UHGV virus genome: UHGV-0366180
Source of the DNA: a virus
DNA length: 19,310 bases
Strand: one strand, 5' to 3'
The position numbers and the translations under genes were made by a program. The notes beneath the pieces were generated by a model. That model made no database searches and had not been told where the DNA came from. It was given only the letters and a program-made list of their open reading frames with translations. This document shows, one piece after another, positions 7,450-14,341 of the stretch; the first letter of the stretch is position 1; each line of letters begins with the position of its first letter.

Positions 7450-8473
7450 TTGGAGTCCAACCATACTTTTCAAATGAAAAAATATCTGATTTATTTCGCT
7501 CTTGATAAGCTAGGAAGAAATGCTGTTCCATTAACTCTAATGGTGTTTTGGTAACAGTCTGTCCATCCCATGACACATAGGTATAAGAATCTTTTTTAGC
7601 ATAAAGTTCATAGATAGCGTCAAGACACTCTTTGTAGGTCTCTTTACCCTCTAAAGCATTCATCACAGCTACTTTACCAGCACCTTTTAGGCCGAAGTAG
7701 TTGTCTGCATTATCTCCAGCAACAGCCTGATAACACAAGAATTTAAAACCTACGCCAACTGTTTTTGCAGCTTTTGGTTTTGATTTGATAGGGCAATCCC
7801 AGATATCACCAACATTATTGTCAGCAATAAAAATTAGTGGTGACTTTTCATAAGTCATATCAATACAATAAGTTCCTTCAGCTTGTCGAAGGTCTTTGTC
7901 AATACTCATAAGAGCAGCTTTCTTACCCATCTTTTCAGCTTTAGCGATTACGATTGAATCGGCTTCGAAGCCCCCCTTTAAGAGCTTAAACTCTGGTCTT
8001 GACAGAAGGTATTCACGACAAGCAACTAAGTGTGTTGGTGTGACAGCATCTTTACGGTTGCCTTGATATTGGTGCTCAAGACCTTTAACGTCTTTATGTT
8101 TATGCACACCTTTCTCTGTTAAATAGCCTACCCAAGTTCTCTCTTTCCCAACAACCTTAAGCCATTCCTGAAGCACCTGTTGAGTAGCCATGATAGCTTC
8201 TTTTTCACTCTTAGCTTCTTTCCAAGTCTGTCTTTCCCATTCATCTTCATCAAATGTCAGGCCAAGCTCTTCCACAAGGATTCTCTGGTCTGCTAACCAT
8301 CTTGCAGCATCTTTCGCATTATCAAATGGTTCAGATTCTTCTGCTGTGAGTTTATTAACGTATTTATACTTTGCTTTCTCAACTACACAAGCACCTTTAT
8401 AGGCAATGCTGTCAGAGTCAATAAAGACATGTGTAACTGAATCGGGAAGCTTTGTTAATGTGTACTTCTCCAT
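7427..8473 (-). CDS. 5'-3' exonuclease / flap endonuclease (FEN, RNase H-like; T7 gp6 / T4 RNase H class), 348 aa
   Basis: N-terminal PIN-like VFIDSDSIAYKGA; downstream AGDNADNYFGLKGAGKVAV resembling the GDxxDN helix-hairpin-helix region of phage FEN nucleases; ATG 8473..8471 with SD GGAG. Confidence 0.75.
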   Translation of the reverse strand: MEKYTLTKLPDSVTHVFIDSDSIAYKGACVVEKAKYKYVNKLTAEESEPFDNAKDAARWLADQRILVEELGLTFDEDEWERQTWKEAKSEKEAIMATQQVLQEWLKVVGKERTWVGYLTEKGVHKHKDVKGLEHQYQGNRKDAVTPTHLVACREYLLSRPEFKLLKGGFEADSIVIAKAEKMGKKAALMSIDKDLRQAEGTYCIDMTYEKSPLIFIADNNVGDIWDCPIKSKPKAAKTVGVGFKFLCYQAVAGDNADNYFGLKGAGKVAVMNALEGKETYKECLDAIYELYAKKDSYTYVSWDGQTVTKTPLELMEQHFFLAYQERNKSDIFSFEKYGWTPNVDSADT

Positions 8474-8491
8474 TATGGCTCTCCATATGAA

Positions 8492-8518
8492 AAAGCCCCA
8501 TACTAAGTACAGGGCTTT
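8492..8518 (-). terminator. Strong intrinsic terminator downstream of the SSB gene
   Basis: Minus RNA AAAGCCCUGUAC-UUA-GUAUGGGGCUUU followed by UUC: 12-bp stem including two G.U pairs, 3-nt loop, U5 run. Confidence 0.6.
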
Positions 8519-8535
8519 AAAGTAACTTTTAGAGA

Positions 8536-9393
8536 TTAGTCTTCTGTATCGAAGTCTTCATCTTCTTCGTCATCTGGGTCTGGCAAGTCTTCATCGTCAC
8601 CATCATCAGAATCATTCGAAGATTTATGGTCTGTTGCGTCTTCTTCAGTGATTTCACCGTTATCTTCGACACCATCAAGACCAAGCATAGCCAGTTCATC
8701 TTCATCCAGTTCAGGTTCACCGTTAGCACCGTTACCACCAGTGTAAGGTACAAGAGTATCAATGATAAACTGTTCCTGAATAGGCTTTGTCAAGACATTG
8801 TTCTCAAAAGTGTAGAAGTGAGTAGAAAGAATCACACTACCAAAAGAACCGTTACCAACTGCAATATCTGGATGAATTACATCATAGTTCTTATCATCTT
8901 CATGTTTGTCAGATGCTTGAGCTTTGATTTTCTTCATCGGCTGCTTAACAGCTACACGCTTACCATTTACTTCTTCAATCAGCATTACAGGGAATGACTG
9001 TTTAGCTGTCCATACAGCACCATCTTTATAAGCTGCTGCACGACTTACTTTCAAGATGTAGTAAGTGTCTGCTTCAAATGGTGGTTTGCAACCAAACTTC
9101 TCTTCGAAGTCATCTGCATCAACTGCTTCAGTGGTAACTTTATCCCAACCTTCTGGGTTTTTCTTAGACTTAGTAAACTCTTTAAACAGCTTGTTACCAT
9201 CTTCTGCCAGAATTGAAACGCTGTAGTTACAGTCTTTGCCTGGGAATTTCTTATCAATGGACTTGCCTTTTCCCGGACGTGGTGAAGTGTTCAGGTAATA
9301 AAACCAGACATCTTTCAGCAGGTAACGCAAAGTTTGACGCTCAGTACCATTGTACTTCTCTACCGGAGCTTTCATTTTAACAACTTTAGACAT
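8536..9393 (-). CDS. Single-stranded DNA-binding protein with acidic C-terminal tail (T7 gp2.5-like), 285 aa
   Basis: The final ~45 residues are almost entirely Asp/Glu and end ...DEEDEDFDTED, the hallmark of phage SSB tails. Position in a T7-type replisome cluster, with its own promoter and terminator. The OB-fold itself was not verifiable by eye. Confidence 0.6.
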   Translation of the reverse strand: MSKVVKMKAPVEKYNGTERQTLRYLLKDVWFYYLNTSPRPGKGKSIDKKFPGKDCNYSVSILAEDGNKLFKEFTKSKKNPEGWDKVTTEAVDADDFEEKFGCKPPFEADTYYILKVSRAAAYKDGAVWTAKQSFPVMLIEEVNGKRVAVKQPMKKIKAQASDKHEDDKNYDVIHPDIAVGNGSFGSVILSTHFYTFENNVLTKPIQEQFIIDTLVPYTGGNGANGEPELDEDELAMLGLDGVEDNGEITEEDATDHKSSNDSDDGDDEDLPDPDDEEDEDFDTED

Positions 9394-9429
9394 TATTTAA
9401 ACCTCTATCTCAATTTATGAAGAGTACCA

Positions 9430-9458
9430 ATTCTAATTTGTTGATACTCTATTGTCAA
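9430..9458 (-). promoter_or_regulatory. Sigma70-type promoter driving the SSB gene
   Basis: Minus strand TTGACA (9458..9453), 17-nt spacer, TAGAAT (9435..9430); about 35 nt upstream of the SSB ATG. Confidence 0.5.
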
Positions 9459-9465
9459 ACATTAA

Positions 9466-9615
9466 TTACTGGAAGTTGTGCTTATCTTTAGAAGCTGCTT
9501 TACGTGCAGTTTTTCCAGTTCTTACACGCTTCTCTTCATAGTATTTTGCTGGTTTACCAGCAGTGGCTTTTAAGGAATCCCCAAAAACTTTTTCAAATGC
9601 TTTAGAGTGTTTCAT
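9466..9615 (-). CDS. Small basic protein (49 aa), absent from the ORF track because it is under 60 aa
   Basis: ATG 9615..9613 with SD GGAG 7 nt upstream, ATGA-coupled to the upstream ORF; hand translation MKHSKAFEKVFGDSLKATAGKPAKYYEEKRVRTGKTARKAASKDKHNFQ, stop TAA 9468..9466. Confidence 0.35.
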   Translation of the reverse strand: MKHSKAFEKVFGDSLKATAGKPAKYYEEKRVRTGKTARKAASKDKHNFQ

Positions 9616-9893
9616 GATATTCTCCGATATACTTGATATTCAAACACATTTTCTTTAATTATAAAGAGCCAACCAATATTATGTTTAGGTATAGTAATGG
9701 TGACTGTGATTATGCTGTGATGGAACTTTTCTTCTGCCTCAACGCCTCCATCACATTTCATGTAGAGCATTCTATAGAACCTATCAACCTTTGTCAAACA
9801 CTCTTCCTGAAATTCATTTAAACTTTTTTCTTCAAAGAATGGTATGAACCCCTCTCTTTTATAACTGTCACTCAGTTTCAAACGGGCAGTCAT
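9612..9893 (-). CDS. Hypothetical protein (93 aa)
   Basis: ATG at 9893..9891 has GAGG 6 nt upstream; the ORF-track GTG at 9905 and the first ATG at 9899 lie too close to that SD. Overlaps the primase-helicase 3' end by 26 nt. Confidence 0.4.
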   Translation of the reverse strand: MTARLKLSDSYKREGFIPFFEEKSLNEFQEECLTKVDRFYRMLYMKCDGGVEAEEKFHHSIITVTITIPKHNIGWLFIIKENVFEYQVYRRIS

Positions 9894-11853
9894 CTGCATC
9901 CTCACTTAATACAGGTGGAATCGTTGAGCTTTGACGCTGTTCTTCAGTATAGACTTCACCAGTCTCACGGTCAAATACTTCATCCTCATAATGAGGTAAA
10001 GAGTCGTCATAATGGTCTTCATCTTCACCAATACCAAACTGTTGACGAATATTTTCTGCTGCACCATCAATGTCAACACCACATCCAGAAGCTTTGATGA
10101 GACGTCCTGTATCTGGATTGTACCAAGTATGACCAGCAATACCTGTTGACTTACCATGACGACGACACTTAGTTAACTTGATTTTTGTCAAGTTTTTCTT
10201 AACAGGGTCTGGGTCAACCTTGTTACGCATTAACAGAATGTTGTTCATAGAAATCTGGAAGTATGCACCAGAACCCTTAATATCCTCTTCAGAGATATCT
10301 CCACCTTCAGAGTTAGCTTTCTGACCACCTGCACTCTTACGAACGTGACATACGTTTACCTGCGCATACTGGTAGCGTTTGCAACGACGCAATAGCTCAG
10401 ACAAAACTTCTTCTTCATCCGTATCAGAACGTGACAGGGCTAACGTGATAGGGTCAAGAATGATAATCTTACAGTCTAAACTGTTAACAAGATAGTCAAC
10501 AAACTCTAGCAGGTTATCTTGGTCAATTGCCCCTTGATGGTCAACGATATGGATACGACGGCCTTTAGATAGTTCTGCGTGTGCTCCTTTTAATTCATCC
10601 CAATCCCGTTCATCATAAGGAATCTCAGAAATCTGCTTGCTCAGGTGGATTGCACAGAGCATCTCCATCAACTCTTCATAGGTATCTTCTACAGGAATTA
10701 CACCGATATTATAATCAGTTTCTTTCCAAGCTGAGTAAATCATCTCACGAGTGTAAGCTGACTTACCTACTGAAGATGGTGCTGCAATAGTTGTAATCTC
10801 ACCTAAACCGTAACCACCATAAGTCAGCCTGTTCAAATCTCCGAAAGATTCTGGGAAAGGAATCAATGGAATCTGACCACGATTCTTCATTGCCTCAAAA
10901 CCATCTGCGAAGTTCTTGATACCAGCAGGGCAGTAACGTGGTGCATTGTAGATACGCTGCTTAAATCCTTCCAGAACTGTATCTTTTTCTTTATAGAACT
11001 TTGTCCACCATTCGTTAAGGTCTTTTACACCTTCTGGATACTGGAATAAACGAACCTTCTCAATAGGTAGGATACCAGCAGCCTCTTTAGTGGCTTTAGC
11101 ACCTGCTTCATCGTTATCAAAGCACAAGTAAATCTCATCAAATGATGTAATGTACTGATAGTTATCCTTGATAGACTTGATGTTTGCACCTGATGGAACA
11201 GATACGTGACAGTAATTCTTACGACGAGATTTGTCCTTAATCGCAAGAGAAGTCATATAGATTGCTGTCGCACATTCCATCTCACCTTCCCAGATGAATA
11301 GACGGTTACCACCTTCTGGAGCAATCCATGAACCGAACATTGCCAGTTCACCTTTAATGTCTCCAACACCACCAGAAAAGTCTTTTAACTTACCTCGTAG
11401 GTGCTCTTTTGGGTGGTCTTCTGGGTAACGGTGACGAACACGGTATCCAACATGCTCTAGCTTGCCATCTTCATTGCGTTTGTAAGTTGGGTAGAAATGC
11501 GCGTCAATTTCACCATCACTGTCAATGTCAACCTTGATACCCAAACGCTCAAGAACTTTTGCAGGGATTTTCCTGTCTTTCAAGTCCATTGCTTCAAGGT
11601 TTTCTTTCACATCGTCTAAATCCATTCCACGGAAAGTACGGTTTTTATTGTCTGAACCAGTAGAATAAGTGCTCACGATTTGTCCTTTATCAAAATCCCA
11701 CTCTGGGAAACCTTTGTTACAGCTAAAGCAAGTCATCGAATAAGAATCATCGTCATGATGATAGATTGAACCAGCATCTGATGAACCACAACGTGGACAT
11801 GCACAATGACCAATAAACTGACCAGCCTCTTTCAATTTACGACCTTTAGACAT
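9868..11853 (-). CDS. Bifunctional DNA primase-helicase (T7 gp4-type), 661 aa
   Basis: N-terminal Cys4 zinc ribbon (CPRCGSSD...CFSCNK); TOPRIM motifs (IWEGEMECATA, CFDNDEAG); Walker A GxxxxGKS (IAAPSSVGKSAYT) and Walker B-like KIIILDPITL. ATG 11853..11851 with SD AGAGGTG; the ORF-track start at 11859 is GTG. Confidence 0.85.
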   Translation of the reverse strand: MSKGRKLKEAGQFIGHCACPRCGSSDAGSIYHHDDDSYSMTCFSCNKGFPEWDFDKGQIVSTYSTGSDNKNRTFRGMDLDDVKENLEAMDLKDRKIPAKVLERLGIKVDIDSDGEIDAHFYPTYKRNEDGKLEHVGYRVRHRYPEDHPKEHLRGKLKDFSGGVGDIKGELAMFGSWIAPEGGNRLFIWEGEMECATAIYMTSLAIKDKSRRKNYCHVSVPSGANIKSIKDNYQYITSFDEIYLCFDNDEAGAKATKEAAGILPIEKVRLFQYPEGVKDLNEWWTKFYKEKDTVLEGFKQRIYNAPRYCPAGIKNFADGFEAMKNRGQIPLIPFPESFGDLNRLTYGGYGLGEITTIAAPSSVGKSAYTREMIYSAWKETDYNIGVIPVEDTYEELMEMLCAIHLSKQISEIPYDERDWDELKGAHAELSKGRRIHIVDHQGAIDQDNLLEFVDYLVNSLDCKIIILDPITLALSRSDTDEEEVLSELLRRCKRYQYAQVNVCHVRKSAGGQKANSEGGDISEEDIKGSGAYFQISMNNILLMRNKVDPDPVKKNLTKIKLTKCRRHGKSTGIAGHTWYNPDTGRLIKASGCGVDIDGAAENIRQQFGIGEDEDHYDDSLPHYEDEVFDRETGEVYTEEQRQSSTIPPVLSEDADDCPFETE

Positions 11854-12040
11854 TAGCACCTCTTCGTTGTAGTTCTGCTTTTAATCCATTTTCAATCTTG
11901 TCCAGCTCATGAATTTCATCTGCAATCTCTTTCCTTCGTGATTCAACTCTCTTAAGACGTTCAATCATTACCTCATTGGAAAGAGATGAGAGTTCCACTA
12001 AACGGTGGTCAATAACTTTAAAATTGTCTTTTACTCTCAT
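11846..12040 (-). CDS. Hypothetical small coiled-coil protein (64 aa)
   Basis: ATG 12040..12038 with GAGAGG 6 nt upstream; overlaps the primase-helicase start by 8 nt. Confidence 0.4.
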   Translation of the reverse strand: MRVKDNFKVIDHRLVELSSLSNEVMIERLKRVESRRKEIADEIHELDKIENGLKAELQRRGANV

Positions 12041-12054
12041 CTTCATCCTCTCTT

Positions 12055-12798
12055 TTAAACTTTAATGATGGCTCTTAGCTTGTTCTCAAGGTCTGCAAGA
12101 GTACCATTATTATGAATAATGTCACGCTCATATTTTGTAGAAATCCCATTTTCTGAAACATGTGATGAAACTTTGTCCACATTGTCTCTTTTTACTTCAA
12201 TAGTTTGGTGTGCAAATCTACTCAGCCATTCAGCTTCAGAGTCAAATCTTAAATCACTGATTAAGACAAAACCATATTGGTTTCTAAGTGAGCACATTTC
12301 ATGGAATCTAACCATTCTTTTTTCAAGGTCTTTAGACCAGAACTTGTCGCCCATTACTTTACGGACAACTTCAGTACCCCAAACCTGTTGAATTTGTCTT
12401 GATGAGAATTTATACTTTTTACTAAACCCCAGACGTGTCAATAGAGTCGGTTTAGCAACCTTCTTAAGCTCCATGATTAATCGTCCAGTTAACTCTGACA
12501 TAAGCTTGAAGTCCATATGGTAACGTTCATCTCTGAAGGTGAACTCCATAGCTTCCGTAACTTTAAACATCAGTTCAGAGTATGATAAGTCAAAAACCTG
12601 TGGAGTCTCTTTAGTTTCACCGTACAGGTCATTCCAAGTCAAGTCAAATATCTTTGATGCAGATAGTTTAAGGTTGTCTGCAAAGGCCATTACAGCAACA
12701 TTGTAGCCATACTCATCCTCTAAGATGTTCTTCACAATAGAACATGAGGTGTCTTTTCCAGAACGTGCCTTTCCAGTAAATGCAATAATATTACTCAT
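12055..12798 (-). CDS. Deoxynucleoside monophosphate kinase (T4 gp1-like), 247 aa
   Basis: P-loop IIAFTGKARSGKDT closely matches the T4 dNMP kinase P-loop as I recall it (FLSGVKRSGKDT); ATG 12798..12796 with SD AAGGGAGA. Confidence 0.65.
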   Translation of the reverse strand: MSNIIAFTGKARSGKDTSCSIVKNILEDEYGYNVAVMAFADNLKLSASKIFDLTWNDLYGETKETPQVFDLSYSELMFKVTEAMEFTFRDERYHMDFKLMSELTGRLIMELKKVAKPTLLTRLGFSKKYKFSSRQIQQVWGTEVVRKVMGDKFWSKDLEKRMVRFHEMCSLRNQYGFVLISDLRFDSEAEWLSRFAHQTIEVKRDNVDKVSSHVSENGISTKYERDIIHNNGTLADLENKLRAIIKV

Positions 12799-12815
12799 TT
12801 TATCTCCCTTAATTA

Positions 12816-12842
12816 CTAAAAAGCCCCCAACTAAGGAGGCTT
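12816..12842 (-). terminator. Intrinsic terminator between the acidic protein gene and dNMP kinase
   Basis: Minus RNA AAGCCUCC-UUAGUU-GGGGGCUU followed by UUUAG: 8-bp stem with one G.U pair, 6-nt loop, U5 run. Confidence 0.5.
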
Positions 12843-12859
12843 GTAAGATTTATAAAGAC

Positions 12860-13660
12860 TTAGTGCAGTTGGTCAGCAGACTCTTTTTCAGCCATAGCTG
12901 AGATTTGCTTTACAAAATCATCACCGAAGTTAATGCGTAGCTTCTCTTCAATGATTGAAGCACCAATATTCACCAAAACATCATTGATTGCTTGCATACT
13001 AACGCCACCAGTCATTTCCTCAATGAACTCAATACTCACACCCATCATCTGTGACAGTTGGATTAGTGCAACGATATTCATCATCGTAGAGATAGCTGGA
13101 ATCATCAGTGCAACTTTCACCTGAAGTGGTTCAATGTCAGCTACAGAGTCATTTTCAACAGCTTCTTCCAAAGACTCTTTAGTTTGCTGGATAATCTCCT
13201 TGATTCGTGGGTTTAGCTCTTCTACACCCCAATCAAGTTTTTCATATCGTGACAACTTCTCTTCCATTCGCTTCTCAAGAGCAGCCATAACAGCACTGGT
13301 TGATGAAATTAACAGGTCAATTAGCTCATCATTACCTGCGAGTAGTAGCAAGTCTTTTTCTTCAGTGGTCATGGCAATATAGTCATTTTTCTGCATCTCA
13401 TAAAAAATGAACTCTGCAAGAGCATCAACACCTACAACGATAGATGCTAAAGCAAGTGTTTTGTCGCAAAGCATCATGTTGACCTGTTCTGCAAAAGCAC
13501 TGTTATCAGACTTGTCTTCAGGCAAGTTATAGCTTGCAGGCATAAACTGTTCTGTGTAGTTATTACCACGAAGAATCATAGCCATGCTTTCTACGGCATT
13601 GATTAAGAATGCTTCATCAACACCTTTTTCTTCAAGCATCTTTTCTACATCGATATTCAT
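12860..13660 (-). CDS. Hypothetical strongly acidic protein (266 aa)
   Basis: Asp/Glu-rich throughout with predicted helical character; no motif I recognise; start ATG 13660..13658 lies 1 nt after the upstream stop. Confidence 0.5.
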   Translation of the reverse strand: MNIDVEKMLEEKGVDEAFLINAVESMAMILRGNNYTEQFMPASYNLPEDKSDNSAFAEQVNMMLCDKTLALASIVVGVDALAEFIFYEMQKNDYIAMTTEEKDLLLLAGNDELIDLLISSTSAVMAALEKRMEEKLSRYEKLDWGVEELNPRIKEIIQQTKESLEEAVENDSVADIEPLQVKVALMIPAISTMMNIVALIQLSQMMGVSIEFIEEMTGGVSMQAINDVLVNIGASIIEEKLRINFGDDFVKQISAMAEKESADQLH

Positions 13661-13661
13661 A

Positions 13662-14084
13662 TTATTTCTCTCTCAGTTGGTTAAGTTTCTTTCTAGAACA
13701 TTTTAAGTTTTCGGATGAAGAAAAGTCAAGTGTCTTTTCAGAACGTGGATAATAGTGCCTATCCCAAGAAGTTTCAACATCGTTAATCAGTGACGCTAGA
13801 TTACACAGGTCTGTACCACTTTGCAACCTCTTTTTAAGAGAATCTAGTAAAGCAACTGTGTCTTTAGCTTTACGTCTTGCTGTAGCAACATCTTTCATAT
13901 GCTCAAATACAGAGCATTTTAAGTCATCTTCATAGTTTTCAGACAACTCTATTTCATGTTGTATATCAACCATTCTCCTGTGATGGTGAGCATATTCCCG
14001 TTGAGCAGCAATGTCAAGTTCTTCCAACTTCTGCAAAGCTCTAACAAAGTCAGCTATGTCTGGGTGAACAAACATTTTCTGCAT
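13662..14084 (-). CDS. Hypothetical protein (140 aa), first gene of the minus-strand train
   Basis: ATG 14084..14082 with SD GAGG 6 nt upstream; faces the divergent intergenic region. Confidence 0.5.
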   Translation of the reverse strand: MQKMFVHPDIADFVRALQKLEELDIAAQREYAHHHRRMVDIQHEIELSENYEDDLKCSVFEHMKDVATARRKAKDTVALLDSLKKRLQSGTDLCNLASLINDVETSWDRHYYPRSEKTLDFSSSENLKCSRKKLNQLREK

Positions 14085-14341
14085 GTAAGCCTCTTTTAAG
14101 TAACTATTAAGTTTTAATCTTTTATCTTAACGTATTCTATACGTTATACTTTAAAGCTTTTTAAAAGCTATTAAATAATCTTTTAAGAGTTTTAAAGTAT
14201 CTGTATAGTTAAACTGTTAAGTAACCTTTTAAGTAAAAACCCACTTCGCAAAGATTAACACCTTGTCAAGCGCATTGTCAACTTGCTTTTTATAATTTTT
14301 TGCAGTAATGTATGAGGTTAATGATTTTAGAGGGAGTAAAA
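14085..14341. promoter_or_regulatory. Divergent AT-rich control region between the minus-strand train and the polymerase gene, with repeated motifs
   Basis: About 257 bp non-coding. TTAAGTAA at 14096-14103, 14217-14224 and 14229-14236; tandem TTGTCA at 14263-14268 and 14275-14280; TATAAT at 14291-14296; SD AGGGAG at 14331-14336. Confidence 0.45.

Noticed and set aside
8361-8370. T4-type late promoter TATAAATA on the minus strand.
   Set aside because: Single occurrence inside the flap exonuclease coding sequence; expected by chance in AT-rich DNA and not positioned upstream of a gene start.
8529-9257. Alternative-frame and antisense ORFs overlapping the SSB gene (8529-8762, 8626-8997, 9051-9257).
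   Set aside because: They overlap the SSB coding frame, which has the acidic tail and its own promoter and terminator; no independent support.
14263-14296. Canonical sigma70 promoter for the polymerase built from TTGTCA and TATAAT.
   Set aside because: The hexamers are individually good, but the spacings to TATAAT (10 or 22 nt) are incompatible with a standard sigma70 promoter; kept only as a candidate regulated promoter in the findings.
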